Assembly: GCA_002269645.1 (NCBI GenBank)
Contig: NIVC01000532.1
Coordinates: 186,001-250,000, forward strand
Origin: Macrostomum lignano
Taxonomy: Eukaryota
DNA: 64,000 bases
Direction: 5' to 3'
This document shows, piece after piece, positions 26,501 to 37,700 of the stretch; position 1 is the stretch's first letter, and every line of letters starts with the position of its first letter. The notes beneath the pieces are model-generated. The model did no database searches. It saw only the letters and a list, made by a program, of their open reading frames with translations, and was not told the origin of the DNA. The translations under genes were made by a program, and so were the position numbers.

Positions 26501-29500
26501 AGGGAAACTCCCAAGTCCTTAGAATTTAGGACTTAAGCAACAGATTTCAGTGACATGTCCATGTTGTGGTTGTGGTGGTAGGGGCTTAAGTTAAGATGTT
26601 TTTAATTTCAAAGGGGAGTTCTTAAGTCCTTGCATGGATTTTGGAATTATTCAATAGAGAGTCTTGATGCCATATGCACATTGTGGTTGGGTGGTAGGAG
26701 CAATGTTGAGATAAATATTTTACTTTCAATACAAGGGGAGCTCTTAAGTCCTTGGGGTTGGGAACTAGACAACTTAACAATGAGAAAAGCCTTTAAACTA
26801 CCATATTTTTACATTTGTAGTAATTACAGCAATTTGCTTGTCTGTAGACAGTATTTCATAGTCATAATTACAGTTCTTTAACACCAATTTCTTACTAAGC
26901 TAGTCATTGAGTTTTGTCCATCTATTTACAAGTATTTTTAAGATAATGGTCCTATGCTTGGATTATGTGAAGGACCTAATATTCATTGAATCTATCAGAG
27001 GGTCAGATTTAGAGTAGCCCATAGAGATTGTGTTTTTTTTCAAATTAGACTCTACTAATAGTAGTAAATAAATATTACTAAATTGGCAGATGCCCGAATG
27101 CGAATGGGCCGCGAATACCAGGCCGTTCCGCCTAGTCTGGTTGGCCGCCCCGGCAGCCGGTGCCAGTCGCCTGACAGGGCTCTCTGCGTGTGGAAGCCTT
27201 TGCCAGAGGCTGGGTCTGATGAGGCGGCTGTCTCACTTACCGATGACCAGGTTGGTCTTATGCCTGATTCATATTTGGGAAGAAAAATGGGGATTTGGGA
27301 TTTCAGATGACACGGAATTTAAATTTAAGATGTTTGATTTTGGGATTTCGAATTTTCGAATCGGATTTGGATTTCAGATAATCGCAGTTTGGGATTTCAG
27401 ATTATCAGGATTTGGATTTCAGATTATCAGGATTTGGATTTCAGATTATCGGGATTTGGATTTCAGATTATCAGGATTTGGATTTCAGATTATCAGGATT
27501 TGGATTTCAGATTATCAGGATTTTGATTTCAGATTATCAGGATTGGGATTTCAGATTATCAGGATTGGGATTTCAGATTATCAGGATTGGGATTTTAGAT
27601 TATCGGGATTTGGATTTCAGATTATCGGGATTTGGAATTCAGATTATCAGGATTTAAATTTCAGATTATCAGGATTTGGATTTCAGATTATCGGGATTTG
27701 GATTTCAGATTATCTGGATTTAGATTTCAGATTATCAGGATTGGGATTTTAGATTATCGGGATTTGGATTTCAGATTATCGGGATTTGGAATTCAGATTA
27801 TCAGGATTTAAATGTCAGATTATCAGGATTTGGATTTCAGATTATCGGGATTTGGATTTCAGATTATCTGGATTTAGATTTCAGATTATCAGGATTGGGA
27901 TTTTAGATTATCGGGATTTGGATTTCAGATTATCGGGATTTGGATTTCAGATTATCTGGATTTGGATTTCAGATTATCAGGATTCGGATTTTAGACAATC
28001 GGGATTTGGATTTCAGATTATCGGGATTTGGAATTTTTTTGGACTCGCTTGGGTACTCCCTAATGAAATGTCACCTGTGCTCATTTCAAGGTGGCGAATT
28101 TCGTAGACCTGGCCCGGGATCGATTCGGCTACACTACTGAGCAGGCGCTGGGCATGCTCTACTGGCACAAGCACAACGTTGAGCTGGCCACGGCCGACCT
28201 GCCAAATTTCATTCCATACCCAGACGAATGGACTAACGAAGAGAAGGTCGTGTTCGACCAGGCCTTCAGCTTCCAGGGCAAGCAGTTTCACAAGATTATC
28301 CACGCCCTGCCGGACAAGACTGTGCCGCATCTGGTGCGGATTTTTTCAGGAATTATTCCTTTGTACTAGTTGTGTCAGAGTTCGTCTACTGATAAGTAGA
28401 AAGTATAGAATTTTTTTTCGCGAAAAGCTTGCATGTTGGGAAAATAAAAACGTAACAAAGTATCTAATCTAGATAGGCCGCTTGATGAAGCAGATGTCGG
28501 CGAACTCCGGCCCGCAAAGCCTCTCTATCCGGCCCTCGGGTCCTTTGAAACTTTACAATAGCAATCCGGCTCGCTTAAGGTTTGCGTCTGTTCTCAGCAT
28601 GCTCACTAATGAGCTGCATTGACTCCTACTAATCCTACACAGGTGAAATACTATTACCAGTGGAAGAAGAACAGAGCCAAAACCTCGCTGATTGAACGGC
28701 GCGGTGGTCAAGGCGGCAGCGGTAACGGCCAAGGCGGCCAAGGCGGTGACGATGAGACCGGCTCCGAGTGCTCCGACGGCGAGTTGCCCGAGCTGCGGCC
28801 AGGCGGTCGTCGGGTTCGCCAGAAGCAGCAGCAGTCGGCTACGCAGAAGGCCAACAAGCAGCCGTCATCGCAGCAGCAGCAGCATCACAAGCGCAAACTG
28901 CCACGAGGAATTTTCCTTGACTACGACGGTCTGCTGTCCATGTCCGCCCAGGGTGCCGGCCGCGCCTCCGTCGTCGTCGACGCCCTAGACGCTCAACTGG
29001 CCTCAGCCAGGTCGCGCGTACGAAGAAATCGTGCTCAGCTCACCCAGCGATGGGAGTCCCTGCTGAGTGAGATTCAGGTGAGATTTTATCTGTGCTAGGA
29101 TGACGGTCTCGACACTCACGACTAGGAGGCGATTGCCTCTGAGTCCCAAAAAAATCGCCTAAGTTTCAGTAAGAATCCCCCCTGAGTTTCAGTAAGAATC
29201 GCCCTTAAGTTTCAGTAAGAGTCGCCCCTAAGTTTCAGTAATAATCGCCCCTGAGTTTCAGTAAGAATCGCCCCTAAGTTTCAGTAAGAATCGCCCCTGA
29301 GTTTCAGTAAGAATCGCCCCTGAGTTTCAGTAAGAATCGCCCCTGAGTTTCAGTAAGAATCGCCCCTAAGTTTCAGTAATAATCGCCCTTAAGTTTCAGT
29401 AAGAATCGCCCCTAAGTTTCAGTAAGAATCGCCCCTAAGTTTCAGTAAGAATAGCCCCTAAGTTTCAGTAAGAATCGCCCCTGAGTTTCAGTAAGAATCG

Positions 29501-30049
29501 CCCCTAAGTTTCAGTAAGAATCGCCCCTGAGTTTCAGTAAGAATCGCCCCTGAGTTTCAGTAAGAATCGCCCCTGAGTTTCAGTAAGAATCGCCGCTGAG
29601 TTCCAAAAAGAACCGCCCCTGAGTTCTAGTGAGAATCGCTGCTGAGTTCCAGTAAAAATCGCCCAGCTGAGTTGTAGTAAAAATCGCCCTGCTGAGTTCC
29701 AGTAAAAATCGCCCAGCTGAGTTGTAGTAAAAATCGCCCAGCTGAGTTCTAGTACGAATCGCCCCTGAGTTTCAAAAACTCAGCGCCACTGTCGCACCTC
29801 AACCCACACTACCAGGCCTACCAGGAGCCGGATGCAGAGGGCCAGATCTCGTACAAATGGACCGACGAGGAGCTGCTGTTGGCTGTGCAGGGTGTCCGCC
29901 GTTACGGCAAAGACTTCCGTTCGATTGCGCAACTAATTGGCAGCAAAACGGAGAATCACGTTCGCTATTTCTTTGCTCAGTACCGATCGAAATTCGGACT
30001 GGACTCTGTGCTGGCCGAGTACAATCGGGAGTCCGCTGGAAAACAGTAG
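17591..30049 (+). CDS. RCOR: REST corepressor (CoREST) ELM2-SANT-linker-SANT protein; exons 17591-17948, 27090-27250, 28091-28333, 28643-29077, 29816-30049 (476 aa)
   Basis: ELM2 MRMGREYQAV; EQALGMLYWHKHN...LPNFIPYPDEWT...FDQAFSFQGK; VKYYYQWKK; KLPRGIFLD; SANT2 KWTDEELLLAVQGVRRYGKDF. All introns are GT-AG with matching phases (1,0,0,0). The exon-1 link is inferred from phase and the acidic SEDSDSEE lead-in. Confidence 0.9.
18657..19355. repeat. 177-178-bp tandem repeat, about 4 copies (CoREST intron 1)
   Basis: GGATTGGAAAATTGCATTTTACTCAGC starts at 18668, 18845, 19022 and 19200. Confidence 0.95.
21160..23640 (-). pseudogene. MULE transposase pseudogene, spliced, with frameshifts and stops
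   Basis: WFLDGTFDVIHAPFKQLYSVH...MDFEAAVWQALRAVFP...GCLFHYAQAIFRRIQ (21628-22260) continues after a frameshift as RTNNKVKGWH. The upstream exon ends at a G|GTAAGT donor (23189) and resumes after an acceptor at 22421. Confidence 0.85.
22621..22921. mobile_element. 301-bp MITE-like insert with 20-bp perfect inverted repeats around a purine-rich tract
   Basis: AGGTGAGTGAGTGAGCTGAG (22621-22640) is the reverse complement of CTCAGCTCACTCACTCACCT (22902-22921). Confidence 0.55.
27386..28030. repeat. 22-bp minisatellite (CoREST intron 2)
   Basis: Unit GATTTGGATTTCAGATTATCAG/CGG. Confidence 0.97.
28491..28590 (+). mobile_element. hAT(Charlie)-like MITE end fragment in CoREST intron 3; second copy about 34871-34985 in FCHO intron 1
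   Basis: CGAACTCCGG...CTCTATCCGGCCCTCGGG...AAACTT.ACA...TCCGGCT.GCT is shared by both sites and resembles hAT CAG....GGC.AAC..CGGCCC termini. Confidence 0.5.
29158..29770. repeat. 23-bp minisatellite (CoREST intron 4)
   Basis: Unit AGAATCGCCCCTGAGTTTCAGTA. Confidence 0.97.
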
Positions 30050-30124
30050 CAACTGTGTCTTCTGGGTGCTAATATTGATCAGCTGTTTTTTTGTGTCATC
30101 GTTGCTATGGCAATGAATTTGCTG

Positions 30125-31192
30125 TTGTCAGTGTTTAGCGTCATGGTTGCTATGGTGATAAACCAGCTGTTGTCGGTGTTTAGCGTCATGGTTGCTATGG
30201 TGATAAATCAGCTGTTGTCATTGTTTAGCGTCATGGTTGCTATGGTGATAAATCAGCCGTTGTCATTATGTAGCGTCATGGTTGCTATGGTGATAAATCA
30301 GCTGTTGTCATTGTTTAGCGTCATGGTTGCTATGGTAATAAATCAGCCGTTGTCAGTGTTTAGCGTCATGGTTGCTATGGTGATAAATCAGCTGTTGTCA
30401 TTGTTTAGCGTCATGGTTGCTATGGTGATAAATCAGCTGTTGTCATTATGTAGCGTCATGGTTGCTATGGTGATAAATCAGCTGTTGTCATTGTTTAGCG
30501 TCATGGTTGCTATGGTGATAAATCAGCCGTTGTCAGTGTTTAGCGTCATGGTTGCTATGGTGATAAATCAGCTGTTGTCATTGTTTAGCGTCATGGTTGC
30601 TATGGTGATAAATCAGCCGTTGTCAGTGTTTAGCGTCATGGTTGCTATGGTGATAAATCAGCTGTTGTCATTGTTTAGCGTCATGGTTGCTATAGTGATA
30701 AATCAGCTGTTGTCAGTGTTTAGCGTCATGGTTGCTATGGTGATAAATCAGCTGTTGTCATTATGTAGCGTCATGGTTGCTATGGTGATAAATCAGCTTT
30801 TGTCAGTGTTTAGCGTCATGGTTGCTATGGTGATAAATCAGCCGTTGTCAGTGTTTAGCGTCATGGTTGCTATGGTGATAAATCAGCCGTTGTCAGTGTT
30901 TAGCGTCATGGTTGCTATGGTGATAAATCAGCTGTTGTCATTGTTTAGCGTCATGGTTGCTATAGTGATAAATCAGCTGTTGTCAGTGTTTAGCGTCATG
31001 GTTGCTATGGTGATAAATCAGCTGTTGTCATTGTTTAGCGTCATGGTTGCTATAGTGATAAATCAGCTGTTGTCAGTGTTTAGCGTCATGGTTGCTATGG
31101 TGATAAATCAGCTGTTGTCAGTGTTTAGCGTCATGGTTGCTATGGTGATAAATCAGCTGTTGTCAGTGTTTAGCGTCATGGTTGCTATGGTG
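30125..31192. repeat. 45-bp minisatellite just 3' of the CoREST stop
   Basis: Unit TCATGGTTGCTATGGTGATAAATCAGCTGTTGTCAGTGTTTAGCG, about 24 copies. Confidence 0.97.
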
Positions 31193-31799
31193 AGGTTCAT
31201 TCACAACCAGTTCAGCTGAATCAAAAAAGTTTTAATCGTTATTTTTGCGAACCGTTTGACATTTATAGGTAGAAAGTGTACTTCAAGTGTGACTGGGTCG
31301 TTGTTGAAAATTTATATATCTGTGTAAAACCTTAAATATATTTTGTTATTTGCTACTCATTAGTAGTTTAGGGCGAAGAAAGTACTAGTCACTGATAATT
31401 AAATGCTATTTCTAATCTCAAATTCATTAGGATTAGCATAAAAAACCGGCTATAAAAATCAATGTAAAAAATTCTTCCCATTTTGTGCAATGATTTTCAT
31501 TTCTCAATGTACTTTATCGTGTGTAAATAATGTTTAACAATTGTCGGTAGTTATATTCTCGCGCAGTTGTGGTTTAAACTTGCACACAATCATACGGCCA
31601 TGCATTGATATAATAATTGTACCAACTTCGCGTGTTAAACGCATTCTACGATCGATAACTTCTTTAGTGCTTCAAAATTCCAAAACTAATTTTATTTTTT
31701 TTTTGGTATTTTTAAATAGAAAATCTGTTAATATTGCCCTTGTGTGTTATTAAGAATCCCTTCTAAGTTCATTTCATGACTTCATTGATGCCCCCAAAA

Positions 31800-33863
31800 T
31801 CCATCTAGAATCGCTTCAAGATTCAATTTAGAATCGCCACTACAATCCATTTAGAATCGCCCCTACATTCCATTTAGAATCGCCCCTGCATTCCATTTAG
31901 AATCGCCCCTGCATTCCATTTAGAATCGCCCCTGCATTCCATTTAGAATCGCCCCTACATTCAATTTATAATCGCCACTACAATCCATTTAGAATCTCCC
32001 CTAGATTCCATTTAGAATCTCCCCTCTCTTCAATTTAGAATCGCCCCTCTCTTCAATTTAGAATCGCCCCCCTCTTCAATTTCGAATCGCCCCTCTCTTC
32101 AATTTAGAATCGCCCCTCTCTTCAATTTAGAATCGCCCCTCTCTTCAATTTAGAATCGCCCCTGCATTCCATTTAGAATCGCCCCTCTCTTCAATTTAGA
32201 ATCGCCCCTCTCTTCAATTTAGAATCGCCCCTCTCTTCAATTTAGAATCGCCCCTGCATTCCATTTAGAATCGCCCCTGCATTCCATTTAGAATCGCCCC
32301 TGCATTCCATTTAGAATCGCCCCTGCATTTCATTTAGAATCGCCTCTGCATTCCATTTAGAATCGCCCCTGCATTTCTTTTAGAATCGCCCCTGCATTTC
32401 TTTTAGAATCGCCCCTGCATTTCTTTTAGAATCGCCCCTGCATTTCTTTTAGAATCGCCCCTGCATTTCATTTAGAATCGCCTCTGCATTCCATTTAGAA
32501 TCGCCTCTGCATTCCATTTAGAATCGCCCCTGCATTTCATTTAGAATCGCCCCTGCATTCCATTTAGAATCGCCCCTGCATTTCATTTAGAATCGCCCCT
32601 GCATTTCATTTAGAATCGCCCCTGCATTCCATTTAGAATCGCCCCTGCATTCCATTTAGAATCGCCCCTGCATTTCATTTAGAATCGCCCCTGCATTTCA
32701 TTTAGAATCGCCCCTGCATTTCATTTAGAATCGCCCCTGCATTTCATTTAGAATCGCCCCTGCATTCCATTTAGAATCGCCCCTGCATTCCATTTAGAAT
32801 CGCCCCTGCATTTCATTTAGAATCGCCCCTGCATTCCATTTAGAATCGCCCCTGCATTCCATTTAGAATCGCCCCTGCATTTCATTTAGAATCGCCCCTG
32901 CATTCCATTTAGAATCGCCCCTGCATTCCATTTAGAATCGCCCCTGCATTCCATTTAGAATCGCCCCTGCATTCCATTTAGAATCGCCCCTGCATTTCAT
33001 TTAGAATCGCCCCTGCATTCCATTTAGAATCGCCCCTGCATTCCATTTAGAATCGCCCCTGCATTCCATTTAGAATCGCCCCTGCATTTCATTTAGAATC
33101 GCCCCTGCATTTCATTTAGAATCGCCCCTGCATTCCATTTAGAATCGCCTCTGCATTCCATTTAGAATCGCCCCTGCATTTCTTTTAGAATCGCCCCTGC
33201 ATTTCTTTTAGAATCGCCCCTGCATTTCTTTTAGAATCGCCCCTGCATTTCTTTTAGAATCGCCCCTGCATTTCATTTAGAATCGCCTCTGCATTCCATT
33301 TAGAATCGCCTCTGCATTCCATTTAGAATCGCCCCTGCATTTCATTTAGAATCGCCCCTGCATTCCATTTAGAATCGCCCCTGCATTCCATTTAGAATCG
33401 CCCCTGCATTCCATTTAGAATCGCCCCTGCATTTCATTTAGAATCGCCCCTGCATTTCATTTAGAATCGCCCCTGCATTCCATTTAGAATCGCCCCTGCA
33501 TTCCATTTAGAATCGCCCCTGCATTCCATTTAGAATCGCCCCTGCATTCCATTTAGAATCGCCCCTGCATTTCATTTAGAATCGCCCCTGCATTTCATTT
33601 AGAATCGCCCCTGCATTCCATTTAGAATCGCCCCTGCATTTCATTTAGAATCGCCCCTGCATTCCATTTAGAATCGCCCCTGCATTCCATTTAGAATCGC
33701 CCCTGCATTTCATTTAGAATCGCCCCTGCATTTCATTTAGAATCGCCCCTGCATTTCATTTAGAATCGCCCCTGCATTTCATTTAGAATCGCCCCTGCAT
33801 TCCATTTACAATCGCCCCTGCATTTCATTTAGAATCTCCTCTGCATTCCATTTAGAATCGCCC
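31800..33863. repeat. 23-bp satellite, about 90 copies, intergenic (CoREST-FCHO)
   Basis: Unit AGAATCGCCCCTGCATT(C/T)CATTT. Confidence 0.97.
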
Positions 33864-33974
33864 AAAAATCTTTAATAACTTGAGCAAACGCAAAAATTAT
33901 ACTATAAGTAGCACATCGCACATTAATAATAAAATTCGCCGGCACTCCAGCTGACCCAGCGGCACCGTTAGAGC

Positions 33975-34566
33975 ATGTCGCGCAGCGGCAGCACGGTCGC
34001 CGGCGGCCTATTTGTGGCCAATTATTGGGGCGAGAAGCACAACGGCTTCGATGCTTTGTATTCGAATTTCAATGCCCAGAGCTGCCAGGCCACCGCCGAG
34101 CTGCTGGCATTTATGCGCGACTATCAGCAGCTGGAGGATGCGCACCACAAAGGCCTGGTAAAGCTCAGCAGAAAGCTGGCCTCCTCCAAGTCTCTGACTG
34201 GCGGCACCGGCAGCTTCACGCCCTGCTGGGACGTCCTCCTGGCTGCTGTGGACCAGATGGCCACGGCCTACTCTGACCTGGCCTCCAACAGCCAGACCCT
34301 GCTGCGGGACATTCAGAAGCACAGCGAGGAGCAGCAGCGGGCGACTAAAGGATTCAAGGACAGCGAGCACCAGCGGACCATGAATAACTGCGCCGCTGCC
34401 AAGACCTGCTTCGGCATGGTGCAGAGCAAGAGGCAGGCCTGCCAGACCCGGCATGCTGAGGCTAGAAAGGTCAGCTGTCTGTCTGTCTGCCTGTTTGTCT
34501 GCCTGTCTGTCTGTCTGCCTGTCTGTCAGGTCTGTCTGTCTGCCTGTCTGCCTGTCTGTCTGTCAG

Positions 34567-34625
<59 letters not shown>

Positions 34626-34656
34626 AGGTCTGTCTGTCTGTCTGTCTGTCTATCAG

Positions 34657-34703
<47 letters not shown>

Positions 34704-34716
34704 AGGTCTGTCTGTC

Positions 34717-34748
<32 letters not shown>

Positions 34749-37700
34749 ATCTGTCAAGTGTCCGTTTGTATCGACTGTCCGTGTCTATTTTCATAAATTT
34801 GTCTCTATTTAACACTATCTATCCGCCGGGTATATCTTTCTTATCAATATATCTACGTACATCTAGCGACATCACGGATGGCCGAACTCCGGACCGAAGG
34901 CCACATTCGGCCAACAGTCTCTATCCGGCCCTCGGGTTCGTTTAAACTTCACATTTGCATTCCGGCTGGCTCAATGTTCAGCGCTCTTCTCTCTATCTAA
35001 TCTCCTCTTTTCTCCTCTCCTCTCTCCTCTTCCATTGGCTGACCCTGATCTACATCGCATATAACAATTTACCCACACACCACTCTAAACGTGCAAGATG
35101 CTCCCAATTCTCGTAGGCCGCAACGCAACAGCAGCCTACTAACCCCACCCCCCCGCTCCAATCGGCCAGGTGGTGACTAGCGACTCGGCCTCGGAGAAGG
35201 AGAAGAAGAAAGTGATGTCCAAGCTGGAGGCCGCCATCAAAGATTTCAGATTCAACGTAGAAAAATACAATCACGTGCGCAACGCATTCGAGGAGGGCAT
35301 GCGCAAGTCGTGCGCCTATTTCGAAGAGACCGAAGTTCGCCACCTCGAAGCCATGCTGGGCTTCGTTGGCCGCTTTGCCCAGCCGCTGGGCTCGGCCGGG
35401 CATCAGCTGACTGAGGCTCAGGCCGCCGTTGACAGGCAGCTGGAGGCGACGCACTCGGTTGATCGCCTGCTGGCTCTGTTTGTTGAACGAACTCGAACTG
35501 GCGGCTCGGTGCCTCGGCCAATCAGCGACAGCAGCGACCAGTTCCTTGACTTCAGTGCTCCGCTGCCAGACGGTGCTGCAGCAGGCAGCGGCGGCGGCCT
35601 GACAGCGGGCGGTGGCAATGTGTATTCGACAGGCTCGCAGCTGTCAATAGACCGGCTGTCGCATCATTCCGCTTCGATTAGCGGCGGCGGCGGAGCAGCG
35701 TCGGTTCGTCAGTCGGCCGAGCCCGACCTGATGTCGATGGAGCCGGTGTCGCCGCCGCAGCCGTCCTTGGCGATGTCCGCCGCTTCGGGTGAGCAGCAGC
35801 AGCCGCGAGACGACGCGACGGCAGGCGGCGGTGGCGGCGGCAAAACGAAGCGCGGCGGCATTATTGGCAATATTCTCAATCACGGTCGGCGGTCTAGGAA
35901 TCGAGGTGAATCACTGAGTGGCCCCCAGCCGGGGTTTTAGAAATCATTCTAATGCTCAGAACTGATGTACTTGAACCAAGGGATTTTAGTGGCATCAAAT
36001 GACACGAGGCAGGTCAGTTGGCCATAATCTGACGCCAAATTCCTAATTTTAATAAGTTGCAAATCCCAAGCACTGCCCAACAACTCAAAAACAACTCACT
36101 GGTGACTCTAGCGATTCTGAGGCAACTCGTGTGACCTTTTAACGACACAAACGACTGTAAATACGACGGAGATGCGACTGCTAAGTCTGGAGCGCATCAC
36201 GTGATACAATAGTCGCAAAAAAAGTCTTCCAAAAGGTCGTTTTGTCTTAGCGCTTCGAGTAGACAAAATAGAGTTGTTATAAATGCGATTCTAATTCATA
36301 AAGCGATGCAGAGGCGCTTTGCATCCGCAACTCTAGCGCGGCTCAGATACCGACTCTACGGCCCCAGAGTTCATCCTGTGGTCGCGTGATAATCCTTAGC
36401 CAATTGTTTAATATAATCTTGCAGTTTGTAAATTGAATTGGTGCGTTCTACAAACCTCGCAGACGCCAGCAGCTCCGTTGTGTCCAGCGGAAGCGGCGGT
36501 GCAGCAGCGGCAGCGGCAGCCCCAGCCGAGACGCTGCTGTCGGGCTCGTCGAACGCGCCGGAGCCGCGAGTAGACGCAGAAGGCTTCACCATTCGCGATG
36601 ACGAGGATCACCCGTGGCGGAAGAAGAATAATAAAAGCAGCAGCAGCTCTTCTGGTTCGGACTCAGACTCAGATCAGGAGAAGAAAATCGATGTGAGCTG
36701 TGCAAGGATTGATGACTATCGTGTTTAAGAGGGGGCAGAGTGACACTAAGAGTGACAAGTGGGGTAGCGTTTGGAGTGACATATCGGCGAAAGTGACGAA
36801 TGCTGTGACGGTGAGTGATAAATCGGGAGTGACGGTGAGAGTGATAAATCGGGAGTGACGGTGAGAGTGATAAATCGGGAGTGACGGTGAGAGTGATAAA
36901 TCGGGAGTGACGGTGAGAGTGATAAATCGGGAGTGACGGTGAGAGTGATAAATCGGGAGTGACGGTGAGAGTGATCGGGAGTGACGGTGAGAATGATAAA
37001 TCGGGAGTGACGGTGAGAGTGATAAATCGGGAGTGACGGTGAGAGTGATAAATCGGGAGTGACGGTGAGAGTGATAAATCGGGAATGACGGTGAGAGTGA
37101 TAAATCGGGAGTGACGGTGAGTGATAAATCGGGAGTGACGGTGAGTGATAAATCGGGAGTGACGGTGAGAGTGATAAATCGGGAGTGACGGTGAGAGTGA
37201 TCGAGAGTGACGGTGAGAATGATAAATCGGGAGTGACGGTGAGAGTGATCGGGAGTGACGGTGAGAATGATAAATCGGGAGTGACGGTGAGAGTGATAAA
37301 TCGGGAGTGACGGTGAGAGTGATAAATCGGGAGTGACGGTGAGAGTGATAAATCGGGAGTGACATTGAGAGTGAAAAATCGGGAGTGACAGTGAGAGTGA
37401 TAAATCAGGAGTGACGGTGAGAGTGATAAATCGGGAGTGACAGTGAGAGTGATAAATCGGGAGTGACATTGAGAGTGATAAATCGGGAGTGACATTGAGA
37501 GTGATAAATCGGGAGTGACGGTGAGAGTGATAAATCGGGAGTGACGGTGAGAGTGATAAATCGGGAGTGACGGTGAGAGTGATAAATCGGGAGTGACGGT
37601 GAGAGTGATAATTTCTCACTAATTCCCAGGTGCGAATCACCGAAGAGAAGAAGCCGGTGGCCAACGCAGACGAGATCGAGCGGGTTGCAAATTCCATTAA

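Noticed and set aside
30107-31219. 370-aa hydrophobic repeat ORF
   Set aside because: It is the translation of a 45-bp satellite (a multiple of 3) that happens to be stop-free in one frame. There is no unique domain, and it starts 58 nt after the CoREST stop.
35117-35169. Alternative FCHO exon-2 acceptor at 35116
   Set aside because: It is out of phase with exon 1. The acceptor at 35169 keeps the frame and the F-BAR alignment.
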